Positions 46,349 to 56,249 of a DNA stretch of 64,000 nucleotides are shown piece by piece. The notes beneath the pieces were generated by a model that was not told the DNA's origin, did no database searches, and saw only the letters and a program-made list of their open reading frames with translations. Made by a program: the position numbers and the translations under genes. Location: contig CBDASK010000003.1 of NCBI GenBank assembly GCA_965199495.1, positions 4,256,001 through 4,320,000 on the forward strand. Direction: 5' to 3'. The DNA is from Abditibacterium sp. GTDB lineage: Bacteria > Armatimonadota > Abditibacteriia > Abditibacteriales > Abditibacteriaceae. How positions within the stretch are numbered: the stretch's first letter is position 1; the number at the start of each line of letters is the position of its first letter.

Positions 46349-46651
46349 CTATTTCTTGGCCGGAGCCATTTTCGTCATCGTCGTAGTTTTGCTGGTCGCT
46401 TTGGGCGCCATTTTCATCTTCGATTTGCTCGCCATTTTGGTGGCGGGTTTGGCCGTTTTCTTCATCGCCATTTTGGAAGACGATTTGGAGGTCTTCATGG
46501 TCATTTTGCTGGCGGGTTTGGCCGTCTTTTTCGCCGCCATTTTGGTGGTGGTTTTGGCCATCGGTTTGGCCGTTGTGACGGGAGCGGCCAGCGCGACGCC
46601 GCCAAAAGCAAGGGCGCTACCGAGCGCCAAAACACGAGTGAGTTTGTTCAT
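46349..46651 (-). CDS. Secreted Lys/Met/Ala-rich low-complexity protein
   Basis: Signal peptide followed by KKTAKPA repeats. Confidence 0.7.
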   Translation of the reverse strand: MNKLTRVLALGSALAFGGVALAAPVTTAKPMAKTTTKMAAKKTAKPASKMTMKTSKSSSKMAMKKTAKPATKMASKSKMKMAPKATSKTTTMTKMAPAKK

Positions 46652-46916
46652 TGGAAATCCTTTTTTGTGCGGTTCGCTTTCGCGTGGCCGACCTAAAAAA
46701 TTATACGCGATTCCCATCGGCTAAAAACGATTTGTGAGCGAAGTCTTAACTATATTTATTGCGTTGGGTTAAGGTTGGTTAGAAAACACTTAGCATAAAG
46801 AAAGTTTGTGCCCATAATGTCGAATAGGCTGTGGGTTTAACATTTCACAGATGTTTGTAAGCCTATTGCATTAGGAGGCGGCGCAGCTATGAATTTTCAA
46901 AGAAGAAAACTATCAG

Positions 46917-47052
46917 GGCGCGCGAGTTTGCGAAGCGTTAATGCGCGCTCTGCCAGTGAGCTATGAGCCAATGAAAATTTCGGCCCGGCGGGAATCGAAC
47001 CCGCTACCACGTCCTCCACAGGAAATGTAGGCTTCGCACGTTGGGACGCGGC
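46917..47052 (-). ncRNA. YrlA-type Y RNA copy 7
   Basis: CCCAAC..AAGCCTACA motif, T arm GGTTCGATTCC, closed acceptor hairpin, D arm TAGCTCACTGGCAGAGC. Confidence 0.7.
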
Positions 47053-47078
47053 ATGTTGATAAAATTAAATTCTCAAAA

Positions 47079-47222
47079 ATTCACGGCGCGCGAGTTTCAA
47101 AAGCTATGATACGCGCTCTCCCAAACTGAGCTACAACCGATTTCTCGGTTGACAGGATTTGAACCTGCGACCTCGTCCGTAGCAAGGAATGTAGGCTTTT
47201 GCGGTTGGGGCGCGCCGTGAAT
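47079..47222 (-). ncRNA. YrlA-type Y RNA copy 6
   Basis: Terminal stem ATTCACGGCGCG/CGCGCCGTGAAT; GGTTCAAATCC; TAGCTCAGTTTGGGAGAGC. Confidence 0.78.
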
Positions 47223-47237
47223 ATGAAGTTAGTAACA

Positions 47238-47381
47238 GTTGTGCCGCGCGAGTCAGACAAGCATTTGGGAATCGTTATCTGGAGGGCGTTTTACCCCGAC
47301 TTCTCGCGAAGATGGCGGATTCTCACCGCCACAACCAGATGCGTGGGATTGTAGGCTTGCGCGGTTGGGACGCGGCACAAC
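47238..47381 (-). ncRNA. YrlA-type Y RNA copy 5 (divergent tRNA-like domain)
   Basis: Terminal stem GTTGTGCCGCG; AAGCCTACAATCC; T-loop variant GGTGAGAATCC. Confidence 0.7.
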
Positions 47382-47402
47382 AAGACAAATTGGAGCAAAA
47401 AA

Positions 47403-47550
47403 TCACGGCGCGCAAGTTTGAAAAGCTTTGATGCGCGCTCTATCCAAGCTGAGCTACGGGCCGGTAGAAAAAATCGGCCCGACAGGATTCGAACCTGTGA
47501 CCTCGTCCTCCGTAGGGAATGTAGGCTTTTGCCGTTGGGGCGCGCCGTGA
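47403..47550 (-). ncRNA. YrlA-type Y RNA copy 4
   Basis: ACAGG-TTCGAAT-CCTGT; CGGGCCG/CGGCCCG; TAGCTCAGCTTGGATAGAGC. Confidence 0.78.
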
Positions 47551-47579
47551 GTTATTCGGTTGTCAAAAGAAATTTATGC

Positions 47580-47722
47580 AGCCACGGCGCACGAGTCTGC
47601 AAAGCTGAAATACGCGTTCTACCTTTAAACTACGAGCCGATTTCTCGGTTCGGCGGGAATCGAACCCGCATCACGTCTGTGACAGGGAATGTAGGCTTTG
47701 TCGGTTAGGGCGCGCCGTGGCT
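47580..47722 (-). ncRNA. YrlA-type Y RNA copy 3
   Basis: Terminal stem AGCCACGGCG; GCGGG-TTCGATT-CCCGC; TAGTTTAAAGGTAGAAC. Confidence 0.78.
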
Positions 47723-47740
47723 ATGAAATTGGGAAAGGGT

Positions 47741-47882
47741 TTTGCCGCGCGAGTTGAATCAAGCGTTGAATTTTAATCAGGCGCTCTGGCGCTGAGCTAA
47801 TCTCTCGCGAGATGAAGCGAGTTGAACGCTCCGACCTCCTGATCCCGTAGATTGTAGGCTTGAAGAATTGGGGCGCGGCAAA
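47741..47882 (-). ncRNA. YrlA-type Y RNA copy 2
   Basis: Terminal stem TTTGCCGCGC; AAGCCTACAATC; GCG-TTCAACT-CGC; TAGCTCAGCGCCAGAGC. Confidence 0.72.
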
Positions 47883-47892
47883 GAAAAAGACG

Positions 47893-48037
47893 TGTCCTTC
47901 GCACAAGTTATGCAAGCGTTTGGTTAATCGCTCCCTGCTCTACCACTGAGCTACTTTCTTGCGAAAGATCGGAATTGAACCGATGACCTTGGAATTAAAA
48001 TGGATTGTAGGCTTGCACCGTTGGGGCGCGTCAGACA
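47893..48037 (-). ncRNA. YrlA-type Y RNA copy 1
   Basis: CCCCAAC..AAGCCTACAATCC; ATCGG-TTCAATT-CCGAT; TAGCTCAGTGGTAGAGC. Confidence 0.72.
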
Positions 48038-48059
48038 ATTAAATTCTACCTTAATTGAA

Positions 48060-48722
48060 TTACTGCGTCAAGGTCATTTCGTCGAAATTTTCCGCATTAA
48101 TTTTCAAATCGCCCAACGTGACCGACCAATCGCGCTTTTGCTGCGTCCATAACCAGCGCATTAATGATTCGCTGCCGATGGCGACGACGAGCAACAACAA
48201 ATTGCGAGCGAGCGGGTAATCGCAGGCGCCGACACCAGCCACGTCGGCGGGCACGAGATAATTTTCGTTCCATTTGACTTCGCCATAATCGGTGTTGACG
48301 CCCAAATGTAAGCATGCCACATCGTGTTCGCGGCAATAATTGGTCAACAATTCGCGTCCGGCGGAGTTATCGAGACAATCCACGATGACATCGGCGCCGC
48401 GCAAAAGTTTGGCGATAGATTTCTCGTCGAGCGTCTTGTTACAACATTCGATTTCGGCGCCAGTCGCGCGAAAGACGCGCGCGGCGACGGCTTCGGCTTT
48501 GGGCGCGCCGATTTCTGCGCGGTCGAAGACCTGCGTGCCGATGTTGTGTTCTTCAACTCGGTCGCAGTCAATGACGCGCAAATTGTCCGCGCCGTGACGC
48601 GCCAAGTTGTCGGCGAGTTGCGAACCCAGCGCGCCAACACCGCAAATAATGATGCGCGCCGCGCCCAAAGTTTCGATGGCGCCCGCGCCGCGATAAAGCG
48701 ATTCGTGAAGTGTGAAGGACAT
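48060..48722 (-). CDS. ThiF/MoeB/E1-family adenylyltransferase
   Basis: IICGVGALGS, VIDCDRVEEHNIGTQ, KAE, VDCLDN...R; start placed at MSFTLHE. Confidence 0.88.
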   Translation of the reverse strand: MSFTLHESLYRGAGAIETLGAARIIICGVGALGSQLADNLARHGADNLRVIDCDRVEEHNIGTQVFDRAEIGAPKAEAVAARVFRATGAEIECCNKTLDEKSIAKLLRGADVIVDCLDNSAGRELLTNYCREHDVACLHLGVNTDYGEVKWNENYLVPADVAGVGACDYPLARNLLLLVVAIGSESLMRWLWTQQKRDWSVTLGDLKINAENFDEMTLTQ

Positions 48723-48739
48723 AATAAATTCTCGTTTTT

Positions 48740-48855
48740 TAGCCACAGAGTTCACAGAGGGGCACAGAGAGAACGAAGACAAGTCAGAACAAAAAATCTT
48801 TTCTTTTTTTCAATTTCTTCGTTCTCTCTGTGCCCCTCTGTGAACTCTGTGGCTA
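48740..48855. repeat. CACAGAG-type inverted repeat element
   Basis: TAGCCACAGAGTTCACAGAGGGGCACAGAGAGAACGAAGA and its reverse complement. Confidence 0.8.
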
Positions 48856-48857
48856 AT

Positions 48858-49763
48858 TCAATAATCGTAATCATCAAATTGCCACGGCTGTTCGCTCGCC
48901 GCTTCCTGCATCACGCCGACCAGCGAAGTCAAATCGAAATCGCGGTCTTGCCCCGATAGACAAATGCCCGATGTCATTACCGATAAATCGTCGGCGCGCA
49001 CGGTTGAAGTGTGCGTTCGCTCGCCGAATTGATAGGTCACGGTGTAAGCGTCGCCCCGATCCATCCACGAAATCAAGCGTCCGCCCGCGTGATTTAACGA
49101 TTGCGCCAAACGTCCATCGAGCGTATTGGGATTGAACCAAAGCGGGTTCACCGGCGCCGTGGCTGCATTGAACGCCCCGGTCGGTTCCGCTTCGGGCGGC
49201 CCGTAAAGTGCGAGAGCGTAAGCCGCGCGTTCTTCGGCGCTCAGACCTTTTTTGTGCAACGCGTCGGGCGCAATCGGCTCGGCCAAACTCGTTCGCAGAT
49301 ATTCGGCAATCGCCGGGCTACGGCGTGCATCGAGTTTCTCGAACCAAAAATGCGTGCCGTCGAAACGCGCGATAATCGTCTCGAACATCTGCACATTCGC
49401 GCTTTCGGCCCTACGAATCGGCGCGACGCCATTCAAGCGAAAGCGCGCGTCGCCCGCGTGCGCTGCGATGCCCAGCCAAATTTCGCTTTGCCGTTCGAGC
49501 GCGATGAAGCGGACGGCGGGCAAAAGCGCCAAATATTTTTCGCGTTCGATAAGCGACGCCGCACGCAACCATTTCGCGCGTTGCGTTGATTCGACTTCCA
49601 ACACGCTCCAGCCGCGTTCGTTGGAATTAACCGCGAGTTGACACGCGACGCCGCCGACTTTGACGGTGACGCGGCGCCCACCGACAATCGGCGCCAAAAC
49701 GCGCGTGCCGACGAGCGCGGTTTCCTGCGCTTGCAAGCGGTCGAAAATGCTGGCGAGTGACAT
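48858..49763 (-). CDS. Uncharacterised protein of the TROVE-ThiF operon
   Basis: 301 aa, host-like codon usage; C-terminal SGICLSGQDRDFDL. Confidence 0.75.
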   Translation of the reverse strand: MSLASIFDRLQAQETALVGTRVLAPIVGGRRVTVKVGGVACQLAVNSNERGWSVLEVESTQRAKWLRAASLIEREKYLALLPAVRFIALERQSEIWLGIAAHAGDARFRLNGVAPIRRAESANVQMFETIIARFDGTHFWFEKLDARRSPAIAEYLRTSLAEPIAPDALHKKGLSAEERAAYALALYGPPEAEPTGAFNAATAPVNPLWFNPNTLDGRLAQSLNHAGGRLISWMDRGDAYTVTYQFGERTHTSTVRADDLSVMTSGICLSGQDRDFDLTSLVGVMQEAASEQPWQFDDYDY

Positions 49764-49802
49764 GATTGTTTCCGTCGTGACGCAGACTTGTCGCGTCTAA
49801 AG

Positions 49803-50702
49803 TTAGTCAAGGCGACCTTTCAGATAACCCAACCATTCCAGCTTTGCTTTCTCCTTCTTAAACCGAGCGATGCGCCAAGCCAACGAAAAAGGATTCGATC
49901 TCTCGAAGACCTCGCGCAAATAGGTGTAGAAAAACTCATCGCACTTGATGCAGTCCATCGCGGACAATTGACTCTTCCACTTAATATTCGCGACTCTGGC
50001 AATTTGCGCGCGGCGCTTCAAATGAAATTCCAACATTTGATCGGGCGAAGCCTCGATCATCAATGTTTTCAAATAACGCGGATGACGAGCTAACTTTCTT
50101 TGCAGGTGTTCCTTTTCTCTGCTATTTCTATAGGCTGTTTCATACCTCGTTACCTCCGTCGCATCCTCGGTCAGAGAAACCAAACTCGTGCTTATCGCAA
50201 TCCGAACGATCTTCCTATTTTTCGTGTTTCTCTTCACGTTAAACGAAATCTTGCCAATACACCCATGAATGGGATGCACGAAAGTTCGCGTGCAAATGAG
50301 CGCATAAAAAGGAGTAAAAGCGACAGAAGGTGGGGCCAAGGGATCCGCAATAGGCGGATGTTCCCAACCGCTGGCGCGTTGCGCGAGATTAGACGGATAC
50401 AAGCCGTAATCTCCAGACCTTTGAAATCCCAGCTCTTCCATTTCGCGCGAACGCTCTTCCAAACGCGCTTTGATTGCCTCGTTTTCATCCCAATTACAAG
50501 GGCTACACATTACTTTGGAATTTCTCTGTTGTTGAATCATTTCGTTCAACAGCGTGAGATGCTTAGCGTGTGGTTTCCCCACCCGATAAATCAGGTGTCC
50601 TCCGTAGGCACACCAGGCTGCGAACGCGACAGGGAAGAAAGGGACATAAAACATCGAAATAAATGGGGCGGGAAACGAATTATTTAGCGAGACCGTTGAC
50701 AA
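49803..50702 (-). CDS. Orphan membrane-anchored protein, AT-rich
   Basis: 299 aa ORF with N-terminal hydrophobic helix; start uncertain. Confidence 0.55.
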   Translation of the reverse strand: MSTVSLNNSFPAPFISMFYVPFFPVAFAAWCAYGGHLIYRVGKPHAKHLTLLNEMIQQQRNSKVMCSPCNWDENEAIKARLEERSREMEELGFQRSGDYGLYPSNLAQRASGWEHPPIADPLAPPSVAFTPFYALICTRTFVHPIHGCIGKISFNVKRNTKNRKIVRIAISTSLVSLTEDATEVTRYETAYRNSREKEHLQRKLARHPRYLKTLMIEASPDQMLEFHLKRRAQIARVANIKWKSQLSAMDCIKCDEFFYTYLREVFERSNPFSLAWRIARFKKEKAKLEWLGYLKGRLD

Positions 50703-50744
50703 ATCGTCATCGCTCCCTCAAATTTTCTTTTTCCGCCCCATCTT

Positions 50745-52409
<1,665 letters not shown>

Positions 52410-52612
52410 TCAAATTTAGCGATTGCGCATGGATTGCTGGCCCGTCATAATTGCGTCGTGAGACGCGCACTTCAACGTAAAGGGCGCCTCCCACGACGCA
52501 ACTACGGCGGGCGCAACTGCGCAAATCCAAACATGAAACGGCTCTTACTTTTCAAACGCGATAAATCGACGTCCTTACGTCGGCAACTGCGCTAATTCAG
52601 GCCGCTGAGAAA

Positions 52613-52745
52613 ACGGCGTGACGGCAGAGCCGTGGAGAAACAGAGAAAACGAAGTGAGAGGCGAGATGACGGGTCTCCGACCCTGAAACTCGGCCTCCGG
52701 TAATTGTCCTCTCTAACTCTCCACGACTCTGCGGTCACCCGCCGT
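52613..52745 (-). ncRNA. Long-stem structured RNA upstream of Ro60 (candidate second Y RNA)
   Basis: 5' and 3' ends pair over ~35 bp with bulges; G-U pairs work only on the minus strand. Confidence 0.5.
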
Positions 52746-52922
52746 GGCTGCTGTTGTCACTGGCTTGTTGAGTAATTGTTTGCAACTTTGTAGAGACACC
52801 GACTTGTCGTGTCTAAAGCGTTGGATTTGCCTAAATCTTGAAGCAAGTTCGACTTTTTTAGACACGACAAGTCGGTGTCTCTACAATTACTCAACAAGCC
52901 AGTGACAACAGCAGCCACGGCG
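52740..52922. repeat. Nested inverted repeats (GTAG-type REP pair inside a second IR)
   Basis: Outer arms 52740-52778/52884-52922; inner GTAGAGACACCGACTTGTCGTGTCT arms 52788-52817/52857-52886. Confidence 0.85.
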
Positions 52923-52928
52923 AGTTAA

Positions 52929-53159
52929 TTAGCCGAAAACGGCTTGCGGGCGCACGGTGAAGTTGCCGTTTTCGTGGCGCTCGACGACGTGAAAGTTGAG
53001 TTGCGCGACCGGCACTTCCAGGAAGTGCGCGACGGCTTCTTTAATCGCGAAGTTATCGGCGTTGGCGGGCAAACGCAATTGGGCGATGCTCAGCCGGTGC
53101 GAGTGGCCGCCGTAACGAACGTGAACTGCGGGCGTGAGCGCCGAAAGTGTGTGTGTCAT
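52929..53159 (-). CDS. Ubiquitin-like (beta-grasp) small protein
   Basis: 76 aa; VHVRYGG..L beta-hairpin, IKEAVAHFL helix, ends in RPQAVFG; strong RBS; E1 gene in same operon. Confidence 0.65.
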   Translation of the reverse strand: MTHTLSALTPAVHVRYGGHSHRLSIAQLRLPANADNFAIKEAVAHFLEVPVAQLNFHVVERHENGNFTVRPQAVFG

Positions 53160-53188
53160 AATGGTTTTTCTCCTCCTTGTGAGGAGTA

Positions 53189-53274
53189 TGGGAGCCGAGG
53201 GAATCGAACCCTCTCAGCCGCAAAGGGCACGATTTTTACAGAATCGTTCAACTCTCCAACGTTGACGCGCTCCC
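53189..53274 (-). tRNA. Atypical tRNA-Tyr (GTA)
   Basis: ACGATT-CTGTAAA-AATCGT, long variable arm, GAGGG-TTCGATT-CCCTC, G7-G mismatch, 5-bp D stem. Confidence 0.7.
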
Positions 53275-53295
53275 AAAATGTGGGAATTGGAGAAA

Positions 53296-53380
53296 AGGAA
53301 GGCCCAGGAGTCGAACCCGCAGGCGATTAACCCGGCGCTGGTTTTCAAGACCAGATGGCGTCCACACGCCGCGACCTTCC
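53296..53380 (-). tRNA. Atypical tRNA-Ser (TGA)
   Basis: Acceptor GGAAGGT/GCCTTCC, CTGGT-CTTGAAA-ACCAG, long variable arm, GGTTCGACTCC, imperfect T stem. Confidence 0.7.
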
Positions 53381-53412
53381 GAGTGGAACTTTAAAATTGG
53401 GTTGGGAAAAAC

Positions 53413-53452
53413 AAAAAAGCCCGCCATCGAGACTTCCTCAATGGCGGGCTTT
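53413..53452 (-). terminator. Leader terminator (attenuator) upstream of the tRNA/Ubl/Ro60 operon
   Basis: Minus strand AAAGCCCGCCATTGAG-gaagt-CTCGATGGCGGGCTTTTTT. Confidence 0.75.
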
Positions 53453-53473
53453 GGGCGCGGACGGCGCAGTGAT

Positions 53474-53611
53474 TTAAAACTGCCGTCGCGACTGAACCGA
53501 TGAGGAGGAAACCAAATTTTGGTTGCGATAATCGCCGCGCTGTGATGTTCTTGGCGACAAACGGACGAATTCACAATGGGCGCTCGGTTTGGATTCGAGT
53601 TGATGTTTCAT
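53474..53611 (-). CDS. Putative leader peptide (45 aa)
   Basis: AGGAGG-13nt-ATG; MKHQLESKPSAHCEFVRLSPRTSQRGDYRNQNLVSSSSVQSRRQF; stops about 20 nt before the terminator. Confidence 0.5.
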   Translation of the reverse strand: MKHQLESKPSAHCEFVRLSPRTSQRGDYRNQNLVSSSSVQSRRQF

Positions 53612-53680
53612 GGAAATGGCTTGACCTCCTGTCGGAAAATTCATGGCTGTGATTGGTCGCCGATATGGCGACGGAGAAAC

Positions 53681-53709
53681 ACTTTACTGGGGTTTCAAAG
53701 CGTTGTCAA
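53681..53709 (-). promoter_or_regulatory. sigma70 promoter of the Ro60 operon
   Basis: TTGACA-17-TAAAGT. Confidence 0.7.
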
Positions 53710-53808
53710 GAGTTTTGACGAAATATTTTTTTGGATTCGTCTGTTTTGAACGCGCGCGGTTTATAACCGCCCGTTGAGTCCGGCATTTTTCGTCGTTTCG
53801 CTAACAAC

Positions 53809-53841
53809 AAAAAAGGCGCCACAATTTGTGGCGCCTTTTTT
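53809..53841. terminator. Intrinsic terminator
   Basis: AAAAAAGGCGCCACAATTTGTGGCGCCTTTTTT. Confidence 0.8.
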
Positions 53842-53853
53842 GTTTCCGACCTC

Positions 53854-54207
53854 TTAGCGATGCTGTTTATCGTGCTTCTGTTTGTAGATGTCGCGGCTGG
53901 TGCGATTATCGCGACGCTCGATATTGAGGCGTTCGCGCTTGGTGAACTTATCGCCCGACTTGCGATCTCGTGCCTCGATGCGCGCGATGTTGGCTTCGCG
54001 CTTTTCCAACTCGGCTGCCTCATGGTAGGTCAGCGAACCGTGGTGGACGCCCGCGTAGATGCGCTTTTGTTGGTTGGTTTGACGGGCGTTGATGTTGTGG
54101 TGATGTTTGTCGGTGTCCGCTTGGGCGGGCGCGCTTTGTAGAGCGGTGGCGGTCAGAACGCCCAAAAGAGCGATGCCCGTGAGAGCTTTGGTGATGGTTT
54201 GTTTCAT
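53854..54207 (-). CDS. Secreted small basic protein
   Basis: Signal peptide; RQ..Q..RI..G...G.LT..E pattern. Confidence 0.75.
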   Translation of the reverse strand: MKQTITKALTGIALLGVLTATALQSAPAQADTDKHHHNINARQTNQQKRIYAGVHHGSLTYHEAAELEKREANIARIEARDRKSGDKFTKRERLNIERRDNRTSRDIYKQKHDKQHR

Positions 54208-54323
54208 CGTAATTTACCTCGTTTTTTCAAGTCGCCGGTTGATGCTTTGGCGCGACTTGTCCTGCTTAGACGACGCCACAATTCCGCTTGTTCGCGACGC
54301 AATCTGGCGTAATCTGAAGTAAT

Positions 54324-56249
54324 CTAACGGCTCGTCTTTTTGTCCATCGTCATGCCGTCCATCGTCATGCCATCCATCTTCATGCCCGCCATCGCGTCGT
54401 TACGATCCAAACGCGACGGGCGCAGGCGCAAGAATATCTGGAAACCGGTGTGACTGCTGCCGCCATAAATCGCGTCCAAACCCGCCGGATTGGTATTGAA
54501 CGTGACCTGCGCGCCTGCGCCAATATCAATGCCGTTGTTGTGTTTTACGTCATGGACATAGCCAAACGCATACGAGCCGACGCCGAACAATTTTCCGTCG
54601 TATGGTGCCGCCAAAACCAGTTCATTGCCTGATTTTTGCACGCGCTCGAAGCGCGCGTAAACCGTATCGGCGCGGCGTTGATAATTCGTCTCGAACAGAT
54701 ACGCGTTGCTGCGACCTTCGCCGGTATCATTGTTCTGGCCCCACACCAGCGTATTGGCCCAGTTGCTATCGCGGCCCAGTGGCTTGTTGAAAATCACCGA
54801 AGCCGTCGTGCGATGGCGATTGAGATTCGGCTCCAACGTTTCGGGATGCTTGAGATAGCCGTGCGAAACCTGCAAAGCCAAGTCGCGCGTCGGGTTCCAC
54901 GAGACGCGCCCGCTAAACGAATCGAGGCGCGGCGTGTCGAAACTATAACGGTTCTCGTCGGGTTCCTGCCCTTTGAAAGTGCTGGCCTCAAACTTGAGTT
55001 TGCCCGTCGAAACTCCCGCCGTCACCACGCCAAACGCGATATGTGTCGAGTCCTGCCAGTGATGAGAAATCGGCGCATCGGGATTGTCCATGCCCGAAAT
55101 ACGGTGCATGAAAACCGGCGGCCCCAGCGCCGGTTCGCCCGGCAAACCCAGATATAGATAGGCCGAGTTGCTCTTGCTCAACTTGCGCGAATACGTCGCC
55201 GATAATTCGCTGAGCAAATCGTGCGGGTGTTGCCGGTCGTGGAGCGGCTGGCTTTTGTAACTCTCGCCGCTCTGATAAAGCAACGGATAGCCATAACCGC
55301 GCTCGATAATCGGGTCGAGGCTGGTCATCAGGCGCACGCCGATTTGCGCATTTTTGCCTGCGGGCTGCGAGGCCATCGCCATAAACATCGAGGGCGCATC
55401 GAAGCGGCTGTTGCCGCCTTGCCCCGAAGCAGCCACGTCGCGTTTGCCACCAATTGTGGTATAGCGCGGAAAAATATCGCCGTGCAGCATCAACATGCGG
55501 TCGCCCTTCATCTTCATCGCGGCGTAAATCGGCGAAGAATCGGGCACCCACGAAGTGCCCGAACTCTCGCGGCTCATTGGATCGCCCAGATCAACCGACG
55601 AACGCATCGCCATCATCGCGTGCGCGCCGGGGATTTTCATGGCGGGCATCGCGCCCATATCTTGCATCGGCGCGGTCTTGGCATCCGGCGTGGCTGCTTC
55701 GCCGACCAGAATGGTGCCGAACATTCCGCCTTTGGCATGGCCGCGCACGCTGCAAAAATAACGGTAAGCGCCCGGCGATGTCGCGCGTATCGTCATTTGT
55801 TCGGCGGAATACTGTTCGTCATTCTGGTGCGGCAACTTCGCCGAGCCGACGGCGCCCGTCATATCGGGCGCGATGGCAAACGGCGGCTGGGCCGCGCTCA
55901 AATGAATGTCGTGCGGCATATCGTCGTCGGTGTTGACGAAGGTAATATCGAGCATCGCATTCGCGGGCACGACAATCGTCGGATTGCGCGCGCCCTGAAT
56001 GCGGTAGGACAGCATATCGTCTTCGGGGCCGGTGATGGCGACCAGATGAATCGTGGGCGCCACAAAGGTTAGAGTGGTTTTATCGGCGGAAAAAACGCCG
56101 GGTGTTTGCGCGGTTTGCGCCTGCGCCAATTGGTCGGCGCTCAGCGTTTTGGGAATGTGCGAATCGAGCGCGAACGGCGCGTCGGCCCGCGCGGCTGCGG
56201 GCAAAGCGAGAGTGAGCGCCGCGAGGGCGACGCTGGTAAATGTGTGCAT
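54324..56249 (-). CDS. Cupredoxin domain fused to a putative outer-membrane copper-associated barrel
   Basis: Signal peptide; PHDIH...YFCSVRGHAKGGM type-1 Cu ligands; Met-rich linkers; DRQHPHDL, HHWQDSTHI. Confidence 0.75.
   Translation of the reverse strand: MHTFTSVALAALTLALPAAARADAPFALDSHIPKTLSADQLAQAQTAQTPGVFSADKTTLTFVAPTIHLVAITGPEDDMLSYRIQGARNPTIVVPANAMLDITFVNTDDDMPHDIHLSAAQPPFAIAPDMTGAVGSAKLPHQNDEQYSAEQMTIRATSPGAYRYFCSVRGHAKGGMFGTILVGEAATPDAKTAPMQDMGAMPAMKIPGAHAMMAMRSSVDLGDPMSRESSGTSWVPDSSPIYAAMKMKGDRMLMLHGDIFPRYTTIGGKRDVAASGQGGNSRFDAPSMFMAMASQPAGKNAQIGVRLMTSLDPIIERGYGYPLLYQSGESYKSQPLHDRQHPHDLLSELSATYSRKLSKSNSAYLYLGLPGEPALGPPVFMHRISGMDNPDAPISHHWQDSTHIAFGVVTAGVSTGKLKFEASTFKGQEPDENRYSFDTPRLDSFSGRVSWNPTRDLALQVSHGYLKHPETLEPNLNRHRTTASVIFNKPLGRDSNWANTLVWGQNNDTGEGRSNAYLFETNYQRRADTVYARFERVQKSGNELVLAAPYDGKLFGVGSYAFGYVHDVKHNNGIDIGAGAQVTFNTNPAGLDAIYGGSSHTGFQIFLRLRPSRLDRNDAMAGMKMDGMTMDGMTMDKKTSR

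Noticed and set aside
46251..46724. Plus-strand hydrophobic membrane protein
   Set aside because: Antisense shadow of the Lys-rich secreted protein and a REP arm
47239..47915. ORFs 47239..47421, 47418..47708 and 47721..47915
   Set aside because: They overlap the structured RNA units and have no protein-like features
46917..48037. CRISPR array or ordinary tRNA cluster
   Set aside because: Units are ~140 nt, non-identical and internally structured, with no cas genes. The T arm precedes the D arm and there is no anticodon loop, so they are not canonical tRNAs.
48723..48782. N-terminal extension of ThiF given in the ORF track
   Set aside because: It is translated from an arm of the CACAGAG inverted repeat; ATG at 48722 is more plausible
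53248..53574. 108-aa ORF containing IWFPP
   Set aside because: No RBS, and it runs through the terminator and tRNAs; the 53474..53611 frame has AGGAGG
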